DNA of 64,000 nucleotides from an uncultured Planctomycetales bacterium. Lineage in GTDB: Bacteria; Omnitrophota; Gorgyraeia; Zapsychrales; Zapsychraceae. Below the pieces are notes generated by a model, which was not told the origin of the DNA, did no database searches, and worked only from the letters and a program-made list of their open reading frames with translations. The number at the start of each line of letters is the position of its first letter. The first letter of the stretch is position 1. Both the position numbers and the translations under genes were made by a program. Shown here piece after piece: positions 21,580-30,976 of this stretch. The stretch lies in contig CAZVZR010000005.1 in assembly GCA_964630825.1 (NCBI GenBank), positions 3,545 through 67,544 of the forward strand, read 5' to 3'.

Positions 21580-21834
21580 ATGGAAAATGTCCTTCTTCCT
21601 GAATTAGGCGAAGAAATTGAAAAAGCAACGGTTGCTCGATGGCACTGCCGCGAAGGGTCAACTGTTAAGCGGGATGATGATATTGTGGAAATGGTGACGG
21701 ACAAGGCAACTTTTAATGTGTCCGCACCAATTGACGGAAAGATTGTAGAAATTTTTGTTCGTGAGGGGGAAGAAGCTAAAGTCGGAGGGGTTCTGGCGAC
21801 GATAGAGCCTCTTTCTAAGAAAAAGGGAATTTAG
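21580..21834 (+). CDS. standalone biotin/lipoyl-attachment domain protein (84 aa)
   Basis: Single lipoyl-domain fold with the modifiable Lys in EMVTDKATFNVSAPIDGKI. Immediately downstream of lipB. Confidence 0.65.
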   Translation: MENVLLPELGEEIEKATVARWHCREGSTVKRDDDIVEMVTDKATFNVSAPIDGKIVEIFVREGEEAKVGGVLATIEPLSKKKGI

Positions 21835-21835
21835 T

Positions 21836-23032
21836 GTGAGTGGTCTTAAAGGAACAGAAAAAAGAAGAGTTCTCTTGATGTATATAACAAGAGTTTCCGG
21901 GCATCGGCAAGCAACGTTAGCCATTCAGCAGGCGTTGAAGCAACTAGATCCTCAGCTAGAAGCGCCGACCATAAACGGGTTTGGCTATACATATCCGTTG
22001 TTGGAAAAGATAATTAATCAGGCGTACATGAGCGTGATTAAACGTACACCCAAGGTTTGGGATTACATGTATGATAATCCCAAAGTTGTAAAAAATTCCC
22101 AGGGGATTAAGAATTTTCTGCATAAGACCAGCCATGAAAAAATTAAACGTTTGTTTCAACGGTATCACCCTGATGCTGTTGTGTGTACACAGGCATTTCC
22201 TTGCGGGATGGTAGCCGACTATAAACGGGCGCATAACCTTAAAGTTAAATTAATCGGGGTGTTAACTGATTTTCATCCGCATTCTTATTGGTTAAATGAA
22301 GGGGTTGATTATTACGTTGTCCCTTGCCAAGAAACGAAAGACCGGTTTATTAAAAAAGGTGTGCCTACTGATGCGATAAAGGTTTACGGTATTCCGTTAC
22401 GCTCAAAATTCGCGGTACAAACGGATAAAAAATTAATTGCGCAAAAGATGGGACTTGATCCGAATCTAGTGACGATTTTAGTCATGGGCGGTGGGCAAGG
22501 GCTCGGCCCCATTAAAAAGATTGTTAAGTCGTTAATTGAGATTGATATGAATATTCAGATTATTGTTTTGGCCGGCGTGAATAAGAAAATAATTGCCGCT
22601 TTAAATCGTTTTGCCAAAAAAACTGAGAAGAAAGTGGTCATTTTTGAATTTGTCAATAATGTCGATGAGCTTATGGATCTGGCAACTTTAATTATTACAA
22701 AACCGGGAGGGATGACGACCGCGGAGAGTTTGGCAAAGGGGTTGCCTATGGTGATTGTAAACCCTATCCCCGGGCAAGAGATGCGCAATACAGATTTTCT
22801 TTTAAAAAATGGTATCGGCATGCGCATCGATGACACCAACGATATCGGAGAAGAAGTAGAACTACTTTTGAAGTCACCGGAACGCTTAGAAGAGATGCGT
22901 AAAGCGGCACAGCAAAATGCCAAGCCTTTTGCTGCCGTTGATGTTGCCAAATTAATTTTAAATCAACCGCAAAATCTCCCTACCACCAAGATTGACGATC
23001 GTGAACATATTCTGACAAAGGATTATGTTTAA
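21836..23032 (+). CDS. glycosyltransferase family 28, MGDG synthase/UgtP-like (diacylglycerol glycosyltransferase)
   Basis: GTG start. N-terminal VSGHRQATLAIQQAL, like MGDG_synth N-terminus, with a GT28 C-terminal domain (MGGGQGLGP...ITKPGGMTTAESLAKGLP). Confidence 0.7.
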   Translation: MSGLKGTEKRRVLLMYITRVSGHRQATLAIQQALKQLDPQLEAPTINGFGYTYPLLEKIINQAYMSVIKRTPKVWDYMYDNPKVVKNSQGIKNFLHKTSHEKIKRLFQRYHPDAVVCTQAFPCGMVADYKRAHNLKVKLIGVLTDFHPHSYWLNEGVDYYVVPCQETKDRFIKKGVPTDAIKVYGIPLRSKFAVQTDKKLIAQKMGLDPNLVTILVMGGGQGLGPIKKIVKSLIEIDMNIQIIVLAGVNKKIIAALNRFAKKTEKKVVIFEFVNNVDELMDLATLIITKPGGMTTAESLAKGLPMVIVNPIPGQEMRNTDFLLKNGIGMRIDDTNDIGEEVELLLKSPERLEEMRKAAQQNAKPFAAVDVAKLILNQPQNLPTTKIDDREHILTKDYV

Positions 23033-23906
23033 ATTCTGGATTTATAAACTTGGTCAGTTTCTCGTTAATCGCCTGTCCCCAAGTGCTTCTTACAGATTCG
23101 CCACTTTTCTTTCGGATTTACAGTATGTCTTTTCCTTCCGTGACCGTAAAGCTGTAAGGGAAAATCTAAAATGCATATTACCGCCGGAAACAGATGTCCG
23201 ATTAATGACGAGGGAAGTTTTTCGTAATTTTGGCCGGTATTTGGTTGAATTTTTTCGGATGCGAAAAGATATTACACCTGAGTTTATCAAAGAAAAAGTC
23301 CAGATTGAAGGTAGGCAACATCTCGATCAGGCATTGCAAGGAGGAAAAGGCGTCATCCTAATGAGTGGCCATATTGGGAATTGGGAGTGGGCAGCGGCCA
23401 TTATAAGTTTGTTGGGTTATCCGCTGATGATTATCGCCCTGCCGCATAAAGAACGCCCGGTTAACGATTTATTTAATCATCAAAGGGAAGACAAGGGCAT
23501 TGCGGTTGTCCCTTCACGCTTTGCCGTCCGTCGGTGCATAGAATATTTGAACCAAAAAAAAATCGTTGCGATTGCTGGTGATCGTGATTTCAGTTCTCAT
23601 GGGGAAGTGGTGGATTTCTTGGGGAAAAAGGCGCTTATTCCAAAAGGGGCCGCGGTATTTTCCTATAAAACCGGTGCGCCCATTGTCCCGACTTTTCTGA
23701 TCCGTCGAGAAAATAATAGTTTTTTGTTTCACATCGGTGAGCCTATTTATCCACCGCAGAGGGTTTACCAGGGCAACGTCAGCCAGGAGCTTTTGGTTCA
23801 ACTTATGGGGGTATATATTAAGAGGATTGAAGAAATCATCTATAAGTACCCGACTCAGTGGCTTATGTTTAGGAAATTTTGGATAGATGAAAACAGCGAG
23901 GTCTAA
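23025..23906 (+). CDS. LpxL/HtrB-family lysophospholipid/lipid A acyltransferase
   Basis: LPLAT superfamily with the HX4D-like MSGHIGNWEW. 293 aa. Overlaps the preceding GT by 8 nt. Confidence 0.75.
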   Translation: MFKFWIYKLGQFLVNRLSPSASYRFATFLSDLQYVFSFRDRKAVRENLKCILPPETDVRLMTREVFRNFGRYLVEFFRMRKDITPEFIKEKVQIEGRQHLDQALQGGKGVILMSGHIGNWEWAAAIISLLGYPLMIIALPHKERPVNDLFNHQREDKGIAVVPSRFAVRRCIEYLNQKKIVAIAGDRDFSSHGEVVDFLGKKALIPKGAAVFSYKTGAPIVPTFLIRRENNSFLFHIGEPIYPPQRVYQGNVSQELLVQLMGVYIKRIEEIIYKYPTQWLMFRKFWIDENSEV

Positions 23907-24584
23907 ATGAGTCAAGAATTAAAAATGTGTTTTGTCGTTCCTGTTCATAATGAGGCACAAAGATTGGGTGAGGTCGTGGCTTCTTTGAAACGGAAGAATT
24001 ATGATGTTGTTGTTATCGATGACGGTTCGACGGATGCATCAGCACAAATAGCAAAAGAAAACGGGGCATATGTGCTACATAACGAGGTGCGTACCGGTAA
24101 AGGTATGACCCTTAAAAAAGGGTTTGAATATGCCTTAAGCCATGGGTATGAAGGCGTCTTGATGCTCGATGGGGACGGGCAGCATGCTGTGGATGATGTT
24201 GATAAGTTTTTAAATCTGGCTTATAAGGATAAAAAATGTATTATTTTAGGCAACCGGATGGAAGATACGCGCTCAATGCCTTTTGTTCGTTATTTGACAA
24301 ATCGTTTTATGTCAGCTTTAATTTCTTTTGCCTGCCGTCAAAACCTTCCTGATACGCAATGCGGTTACCGGTATATTCATTGTGATATTCTTAGAGCATT
24401 AAATTTGGAGAGCCGTAATTATGAAATTGAAACTGAAATCTTGATGAAAGCTTCAAAGAAGGGTTTTAAAATCTATTCAGTCCCAATTAAAACTATTTAC
24501 GGTGATGAAGAAAGCCACATCCGTCCTTTTCAAGATAGCATAAAGTTTGTTAAATACTTTTCTAAAGAAATATTTCGAAAATGA
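23907..24584 (+). CDS. glycosyltransferase family 2 (DPM1/GtrB-like)
   Basis: VVIDDGSTDAS...DGDGQH motifs. 225 aa. Confidence 0.75.
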   Translation: MSQELKMCFVVPVHNEAQRLGEVVASLKRKNYDVVVIDDGSTDASAQIAKENGAYVLHNEVRTGKGMTLKKGFEYALSHGYEGVLMLDGDGQHAVDDVDKFLNLAYKDKKCIILGNRMEDTRSMPFVRYLTNRFMSALISFACRQNLPDTQCGYRYIHCDILRALNLESRNYEIETEILMKASKKGFKIYSVPIKTIYGDEESHIRPFQDSIKFVKYFSKEIFRK

Positions 24585-25264
24585 AAAAGCTCAATCATGG
24601 TACTGCCGAGACTGAAGAGGTAGGTTTTCAGCATTTGCGCGCGCAAATGGTGCGCGAGCAAATTGTCAGTCGAGGAATAAAAGATAAACGCGTGATGGAA
24701 GCGATGTTGCGTATCCCACGCCATAAATTTGTTCCTGCATCGGATATAAAGTCAGCTTACGAAGATAAACCCGTTCCCATAGGTTACGGGCAAACAATAT
24801 CCCAGCCCTATATGGCAGCAGTTATGACGGAATCTCTAAGCCTTGCGCATGAAGATGTGGTACTTGAAATCGGGACCGGGTCAGGTTATCAAACAGCACT
24901 TTTGGCTGAGTTAGGAAAGCGTGTGTACACGGTTGAGCGGATACAAGAACTTAGCCTGAAAGCCCAAACAATATTGGATTTTTTAGGTTATGAAAATGTC
25001 AGATTCCTTGTTGGAGATGGAATTGCCGCTTTAGTTAAAGATTTACCGATGTTTGACGTGATAATTGTAACGGCTGCTTCTCCATCCCGGCCTGATTATT
25101 TATTCGAGTATTTAAACCCCGGAGGGCGTGTTGTTGTCCCCATCGGTGACAGTTCGGGACAAATGTTGACACGCTTTATCAAGACAGCTGGCAAGATCGA
25201 GCAGGAAAATATTTGCCGCTGCATTTTTGTCCCCTTAATAGGTCAGTATGGTTGGGCTAATTAA
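24581..25264 (+). CDS. pcm: protein-L-isoaspartate O-methyltransferase
   Basis: Motifs QTISQPYMAAVM and VLEIGTGSGYQTALLAEL. 227 aa. Confidence 0.9.
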   Translation: MKKLNHGTAETEEVGFQHLRAQMVREQIVSRGIKDKRVMEAMLRIPRHKFVPASDIKSAYEDKPVPIGYGQTISQPYMAAVMTESLSLAHEDVVLEIGTGSGYQTALLAELGKRVYTVERIQELSLKAQTILDFLGYENVRFLVGDGIAALVKDLPMFDVIIVTAASPSRPDYLFEYLNPGGRVVVPIGDSSGQMLTRFIKTAGKIEQENICRCIFVPLIGQYGWAN

Positions 25265-25979
25265 TTTTCCGATGAGAGATAATTTTTCAAAACAAGACAG
25301 ATTGTTTTACTATGCTTTGGTATTCTCTACAGCTCTTCATTTAATATTTTTTAGTGGCCTCTTTATTTATAAATTTAAAAATGTTCGAAAACCATCCCAA
25401 GACATTGTTGTAAATTATGTTAGCGTAAAGCCACAGGAAGCAACTGTAAACAAGGCGGGGTATAAGGATATCAAAGTTGTTAAAAATAAACAAACTTTGC
25501 CTAAGGTAGACATTTTATCTTCTAAGAAAAATACGGATGATTTTGTGGCCAAGGAAGTTAAAGACGTCTCTAAGTTTGCCAAGAACTTTGAGCTGGACAA
25601 AAAGCAAATGCCGCAGATCCGAACGCTGGATGTAGATAGTACAATTAAAATTCCTGCTCTCAAATCGGAAAAGATTACTAATCCCCAGTATTTAAGCTAT
25701 AACGAAAGCATTCGCCAGAGAATTAAACAACGGGCGTATCAATATATTAACCATCCGGATTTTCAAGCGGGCAGTGTTTACTTAACGTTTGTGGTAAAAA
25801 GCGATGGCACTTTGCAGGACATTAAGATTATTGAAGAAAGAACAAAAGCCAATGATTATTTACGTAATATTGGGTTAAAAAGCATCCGGGAATCGAACCC
25901 TTTTGCACCCTTCCCCGCGGACTTAAATTATCCTGAACTAACTTTTAATGTCGTGATGTCGTTTGAAGTTGGGAAATAG
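25248..25979 (+). CDS. TonB C-terminal-domain protein (energy transducer-like, N-terminal TM anchor)
   Basis: One N-terminal TM helix. The C-terminal roughly 80 aa match the TonB_C fold (GSVYLTFVVKSDGTLQDIKI...). Confidence 0.6.
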   Translation: MVGLINFPMRDNFSKQDRLFYYALVFSTALHLIFFSGLFIYKFKNVRKPSQDIVVNYVSVKPQEATVNKAGYKDIKVVKNKQTLPKVDILSSKKNTDDFVAKEVKDVSKFAKNFELDKKQMPQIRTLDVDSTIKIPALKSEKITNPQYLSYNESIRQRIKQRAYQYINHPDFQAGSVYLTFVVKSDGTLQDIKIIEERTKANDYLRNIGLKSIRESNPFAPFPADLNYPELTFNVVMSFEVGK

Positions 25980-26040
25980 TTCTCGTCGGCATTTAAGCGT
26001 CGACCTGTTTGGCCGCTTCTTTGAGGAGCGGCTGAATGGG

Positions 26041-26069
26041 TTGACAATCTTTGAGGTGGATGTTATTGT
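26041..26069 (+). promoter_or_regulatory. sigma70-like promoter (TTGACA-17-TATTGT) upstream of the DUF1844 gene
   Basis: TTGACA at 26041-26046, 17-nt spacer, TATTGT at 26064-26069. It follows a GC hairpin at the TonB-like 3' end. Confidence 0.4.
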
Positions 26070-26110
26070 ATAAAGCAACTTTTTTTAAAAAGTTAATTTA
26101 ACTATTAAGG

Positions 26111-26611
26111 GTGATGAAATTTATGGATCAGGATAAGCGAAAATACGTTGATGAATCGTGGAAAGAAACAGCACAAAAGCAAAAGGAGCAGCTTAAGAAT
26201 GTTAATATTCATAAGCAACCTCTACAGAAAGAAAAGGCTTTTGAGCCACCATCAGAGCACGTCGAAGAACATTTGCAGGAAGTGCATGAGCCGGAGCCAT
26301 CCGCTCCAGAACAATCCACGCCAGAACCTTCTGAAGAGGAGTTTCATTCGGTTGAAATTAATTTTTTGAACTATATTACCAGTCTAGCTTTTCAGGCGAT
26401 GGTTTTTTTAGGTGAAATTCCCCATCCCGCAACTAACCAATTGGAGAAAAACCTTGCGCAGGCGAAAATGCTCATCGACACTTTAGTCATGCTTAGAGAG
26501 AAAACAAAAAAGAATTTAGATGTAAAAGAAGAGAGCATGCTGAACGCGACGGTTTATGAATTACAGATGAAGTATGTCGAGATTTCCCAAAAAGAAGCCG
26601 CAAACCCTTAA
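26111..26611 (+). CDS. DUF1844-family protein
   Basis: Core FLNYITSLAFQAMVFLGEIPHPATNQLEKNLAQAKMLIDTLVMLREKTKKNL matches the DUF1844 signature. Confidence 0.6.
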   Translation: MMKFMDQDKRKYVDESWKETAQKQKEQLKNVNIHKQPLQKEKAFEPPSEHVEEHLQEVHEPEPSAPEQSTPEPSEEEFHSVEINFLNYITSLAFQAMVFLGEIPHPATNQLEKNLAQAKMLIDTLVMLREKTKKNLDVKEESMLNATVYELQMKYVEISQKEAANP

Positions 26612-26624
26612 ATGAGGTGGACTA

Positions 26625-26792
26625 ATGGTTGATAAAGAACTTCTGGAAATTCTTGCCTGCCCGGCCTGCCGCGGTGATGTTGAGGATAAGGGAGAAATGA
26701 TTGTTTGCAAAAGCTGTGGCCGGAAGTACCCTGTCAAAGATGGTATTCCGATTATGCTTATTGATGAGGCCCAAAAGAAGGAAGGGAAATGA
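26625..26792 (+). CDS. Trm112/UPF0434-family small zinc-ribbon protein (56 aa)
   Basis: Absent from the ORF track. Product [49 protein letters not shown]. The stop overlaps the aroQ start (ATGA). Confidence 0.6.
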   Translation: MVDKELLEILACPACRGDVEDKGEMIVCKSCGRKYPVKDGIPIMLIDEAQKKEGK

Positions 26793-27229
26793 AGAAAGTT
26801 TTGGTTATTCATGGGCCCAACCTAAATTTGCTGGGGCAGCGGGAAAAAGATATTTACGGAACGACCACGCTTGCGGAGATTAACGGTAAACTTGAAGCTC
26901 TGGCCAAAGAGCACGGCGTGGAACTGGAAATTTTGCAGTCTAATCACGAAGGTGAAATTGTCGATGCCATCGGCCACTCTAAGAAAAAGAATATCAAGGC
27001 AATTCTTATTAATCCTGCCGCTTATACCCATACGAGCGTGGCTATCCGTGATGCGATTGCCGCAGTTGAGATTCCCACCGTTGAAATCCATTTATCCAAT
27101 ATTTATGCCCGCGAAGAATTCCGTCATACTTCCTTGATTGCGCCAGTGGCCAAAGGCCAAGTCTGTGGGTTCGGTGCCCACAGTTATATTCTCGGCTTGC
27201 AGGCCGTGATTCAATTGATTTCAAAATAA
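26789..27229 (+). CDS. aroQ: 3-dehydroquinate dehydratase, type II
   Basis: Starts [21 protein letters not shown] with [14 protein letters not shown] and [12 protein letters not shown] motifs. Confidence 0.92.
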   Translation: MKKVLVIHGPNLNLLGQREKDIYGTTTLAEINGKLEALAKEHGVELEILQSNHEGEIVDAIGHSKKKNIKAILINPAAYTHTSVAIRDAIAAVEIPTVEIHLSNIYAREEFRHTSLIAPVAKGQVCGFGAHSYILGLQAVIQLISK

Positions 27230-27239
27230 AATCTTATTT

Positions 27240-28889
27240 GTGATGCATAACCTCCTGCCATTTTTACCCATAATTACCCTCTTTCTGCTCGCTATTTTCA
27301 TTTTTGTTGTTCGTATCTTCTGTGGTCCCATGAGAAAGAAGATAAAGGAATTTGATGGGAAAATAAACAGTAAAGGAGAAGGCGTTTTTTCTGTTGATGG
27401 TAAGACGGTAACCATTCAATATTTGCCTGGGTCGCGTAGCCGTAGTCCAGAGTTTAGAATGTCTACACCGGGTTCCTTTGGGGCAGAGTTGGTTATCCGT
27501 ACGGAAACATCGTTGGACAGGTTTTATAAGAAGATAGGCCTCAACAGCGAAGTCCAAATATCTGATCAAGAATTGGATGATAAGTTTTATTTTGAGTGTG
27601 ATGTCCCGGAATTTTTAAATCAATTATTATTAAAATCAAACGTTAAACCTTTGGTTTTAGATGTTCTGACGAATTTTACCTCTATCGAGATTACCCAAAA
27701 CACCTGTACGTTTAAGCAATACCCCAGCGGACCTTTAAAGGATATAAGTAAAGAAAATATTACCGCTGCCGCACGAAAATTGTTATCGTTTGGTAATTTT
27801 ATTCCGCAAGTTGTTGATGATCCTCACCCTGAGCTGGTTTCTTTTAAAATGTGGCGGTCAATTTTATATTTTATGGGCACCACCATATTAATAGGTGGTA
27901 TTGCGTCTTCTTTGTGGGCAAGTATTTCCTATAGAATTGTTGATGCATTAAAATTTTGGTGTTTGTCTGCAGGCTGGGCTTTTGCTTTTATGTTTGTCGC
28001 GGCAAATTTTACTTTTCTGAAAATTAAAGGCTTCTCAACTTCAGCCAGGGTTTTTCTTTATTTTTTGGGATTCGCTGGCGTAGGGACTTTGTTATTAGCT
28101 AGATTTGGAGGGGCGATATACAATGGTATTGTTGATCAATCTTCTGTGCAGAAGTTTGAACAAACCGTTATCGATAAATATACGACAACGCATAAAGGTA
28201 GCACAACTTATCATGTTGTTGTTGAACCTTGGCGTTCAGGAAGAAACGGTTGGGAATTTACGGTTGGGCGGGAAAGGTATGGCCACATCAGGGTGGGGGC
28301 TACGCATTATAAAATTTTAACAAAGGCTGGACGGTTCGGCTTTGAATGGGTTATCTCTGAAAGTTTAATCGATAGCGAAACACAGGCGGTTTGGTCGGCA
28401 CCAGATTACAGTCATTGGTATCCTCTCCCAAGTAATTCGAGTGGTATGGCTGCGGAAGAATTTGCTTATTGGCAGAAGTGGTGTATTTTAATGGAAGAAG
28501 GGATTACTAATCGACGGCATGTTCAAGAAGTTCTTGATTCAACTTATCAAGACAAAAATTATGAAGTTGTTTATAAGGAATATCGTCGCCGACAACAGGA
28601 TATGATTAGCCGGCTTTCCCAGTTTCAGCCGCCAGAACGGTTGAAACAATTCCAAGAAGATGTGGTTAATGCGGGTAATGACCAAATTCATTTTTACGAT
28701 GATTATGCTCGAGCAAAAATGGTGAATAAGAATGTACTCTTTAAGGAATTTTCTAGTCATGCCGATTTAAAAGCGGGTGATGAGAAGCTCTGGGCAGCGT
28801 ATCATTATTTTCAATCGTTATATCCATCTATTGATAAAGCCACCAATGATGCTATTGAGCAGAGATTGGCTTGGTTTGATATAATATAG
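27240..28889 (+). CDS. hypothetical membrane protein (549 aa, N-terminal TM plus a central cluster of about 4 TM)
   Basis: Long ORF with a hydrophobic N-terminus and central TM helices. I recognise no known domain. Confidence 0.6.
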   Translation: MMHNLLPFLPIITLFLLAIFIFVVRIFCGPMRKKIKEFDGKINSKGEGVFSVDGKTVTIQYLPGSRSRSPEFRMSTPGSFGAELVIRTETSLDRFYKKIGLNSEVQISDQELDDKFYFECDVPEFLNQLLLKSNVKPLVLDVLTNFTSIEITQNTCTFKQYPSGPLKDISKENITAAARKLLSFGNFIPQVVDDPHPELVSFKMWRSILYFMGTTILIGGIASSLWASISYRIVDALKFWCLSAGWAFAFMFVAANFTFLKIKGFSTSARVFLYFLGFAGVGTLLLARFGGAIYNGIVDQSSVQKFEQTVIDKYTTTHKGSTTYHVVVEPWRSGRNGWEFTVGRERYGHIRVGATHYKILTKAGRFGFEWVISESLIDSETQAVWSAPDYSHWYPLPSNSSGMAAEEFAYWQKWCILMEEGITNRRHVQEVLDSTYQDKNYEVVYKEYRRRQQDMISRLSQFQPPERLKQFQEDVVNAGNDQIHFYDDYARAKMVNKNVLFKEFSSHADLKAGDEKLWAAYHYFQSLYPSIDKATNDAIEQRLAWFDII

Positions 28890-28900
28890 AAGGGAAGTTT

Positions 28901-29953
28901 ATGAATAAACGCCTCAATAATCTAATTAAGAGTTTTTCCAACCACAAAATTGACGCCTACCTTGTTGTCAAAGATATAAACATTGCCTATTTAACAGAGT
29001 TTCCCGCAAGTGAATCTTGGTTGTTGGTTAGCCCGCGTGGAAGTTTTTATATCACCGACTCCCGGTATGTCCTTGAGGCAAAAGAGGGACTGAAGGGAAT
29101 TGCGGTTAAGCAATATTCCGGATCTATTTATAAGACATTTTCTGAACTGGCACAAAAACTGAAGTTAAAACGGATTGGATTTGATGAAAATCAGGTTACA
29201 TATTTACAGTATAAACAGTTGTTCAAATTTGTCCCCAAGGGGATTAAACTAGTGGGTGTTAATTCACTTATTGAGGTATTAAGGGAAATTAAGGAAAATA
29301 AAGAAGTCGCGCAGGTTGAAAAGGCATTGTCCATCCATAAGCAAGCCCTCATTTATATAAAGAAATATATTAAACCTAATATTAGCGAAAGGGAAGTTTT
29401 TGGCCGATTAAAGGCTTTTGTTGAAAGTCAAAACGCAGGTTTTTCGTTTTCTCCCATTGTCGCTTCCGGGCCAAACGGCGCCTTTCCGCATGCGAAGTTA
29501 ACCGACCGCAAATTCCGACGAGATGACGTGGTCTTATTGGACACGGGAATTGATTATAAAGGCTATAAGTCCGACTTGACACGTATGTTCCTTTTAGGTA
29601 AAATACCCAAACTTCTGCAGGATGTTTTGACCCATGTTCATCGGGCCCAGAGGTTAGCCATCGAAGCAATCGGCCCGGGAATACCGGTGGCAGAAGTGGA
29701 TCGAATAGCGCGTAACTATTTAGAAAAACATAAGTTAGCTAAATATTTTGGTCATTCGTTGGGCCATGGGGTCGGCTTGGAAATTCATGAATCCCCGCGG
29801 TTATCGCAACAAAGTTCGGCAATATTAAAAGAAGGAATGATTATTACCGTTGAACCAGGCGTCTATATTCCCAACAAATTCGGCGTACGCCTTGAAGAAA
29901 TGGTTTTAGTAACCAAAAAAGGATGCGAGGTATTAAGTGACCATATCAATTAA
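28901..29953 (+). CDS. pepP: Xaa-Pro aminopeptidase (M24B)
   Basis: M24 metal ligands in DTGIDYKGYKSD...HSLGHGVGLEIHE...EPGVY. Confidence 0.85.
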   Translation: MNKRLNNLIKSFSNHKIDAYLVVKDINIAYLTEFPASESWLLVSPRGSFYITDSRYVLEAKEGLKGIAVKQYSGSIYKTFSELAQKLKLKRIGFDENQVTYLQYKQLFKFVPKGIKLVGVNSLIEVLREIKENKEVAQVEKALSIHKQALIYIKKYIKPNISEREVFGRLKAFVESQNAGFSFSPIVASGPNGAFPHAKLTDRKFRRDDVVLLDTGIDYKGYKSDLTRMFLLGKIPKLLQDVLTHVHRAQRLAIEAIGPGIPVAEVDRIARNYLEKHKLAKYFGHSLGHGVGLEIHESPRLSQQSSAILKEGMIITVEPGVYIPNKFGVRLEEMVLVTKKGCEVLSDHIN

Positions 29954-30503
29954 CGAAGTAGAGAACGGAATCGCCCTTAAAATAGGCAATGATTTGTTCA
30001 TTATCGAAGATTTCAATCACGTTAAACCAGGGAAAGGTTCTGCGTTTGTCAGGGTACGCGTTCGAAATGTGAATACTGACCAAGTTTTAGAGAAAACCTA
30101 CCGGACCTCCGAACAACTGGATGATGTTCCTCTCGAACATATAAAGTTACAAGTGCTTTATAAGAGCGACGACAGTTACACGTTTATGGATATGGCAACT
30201 TACGAACAATTTACTCTTCCGTTTGCCTTGATTGGAGATGGAGCCAAGTTTCTCAGGGATAATTTAGAAGTTATAGGTCTTTTCTATGACCATAAAGTGA
30301 TTAAGGTTATTTTGCCCACTTTTATAACTGCGGAAATTACGCATACCGAACCAGGGATCAAAGGAGATTCTTCCAGGGCCGGAAACAAGCCTGCGACTAT
30401 CGATACCGGGGCGAATGTCCTTGTCCCGCTTTTCATTAATATTGGGGATCGTGTCAAGATTGATACCCGTAATGGTGCGTACGTAGAAAGGTTAGCGCGA
30501 TGA
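29937..30503 (+). CDS. efp: elongation factor P
   Basis: Contains KPGKGSAFVRVRVRNV around the modified Lys loop. 188 aa. Confidence 0.9.
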   Translation: MTISINEVENGIALKIGNDLFIIEDFNHVKPGKGSAFVRVRVRNVNTDQVLEKTYRTSEQLDDVPLEHIKLQVLYKSDDSYTFMDMATYEQFTLPFALIGDGAKFLRDNLEVIGLFYDHKVIKVILPTFITAEITHTEPGIKGDSSRAGNKPATIDTGANVLVPLFINIGDRVKIDTRNGAYVERLAR

Positions 30504-30955
30504 ACTTAAAGGAAATCCGGGAAATTATCAGCTTGATGAATGAAAACGAACTCACGGAAATTGAGATTGAACTGCGCGATGGGATGAAGGTTAAAATCAA
30601 AAAAACTGCCGGCGAGCCTTCAGTGCCTATTGTGCGTCAGCCCATTCAGTATCATGTCGAATCACCCGGAGTTCTTGCCAGAGAAGAAACTCCCGTGGCA
30701 GCAGCAAAAAATAATGTTCAGGAAATTAAGTCACCAATGGTAGGGACATTTTATCGTGCACCGTCTCCCGAAGCCCCTTCTTTTATTGAGGCTGGTCAAA
30801 ACGTTGAAATCGGGCAGGTTGTCTGCATTGTTGAAGCCATGAAATTAATGAATGAGATTAAATCAGAGGTTAAAGGGAAAGTCGTTGAGATTCATGTGGA
30901 TAACGCCCAGCCGGTAGAATTTGGCCAGACTTTATTTTCCGTTGAACCAGCATAA
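30500..30955 (+). CDS. accB: acetyl-CoA carboxylase biotin carboxyl carrier protein
   Basis: Biotinyl motif EAMKLMNEI. 151 aa. Confidence 0.9.
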   Translation: MNLKEIREIISLMNENELTEIEIELRDGMKVKIKKTAGEPSVPIVRQPIQYHVESPGVLAREETPVAAAKNNVQEIKSPMVGTFYRAPSPEAPSFIEAGQNVEIGQVVCIVEAMKLMNEIKSEVKGKVVEIHVDNAQPVEFGQTLFSVEPA

Positions 30956-30976
30956 GACAACGAATGCCCCAACCAT

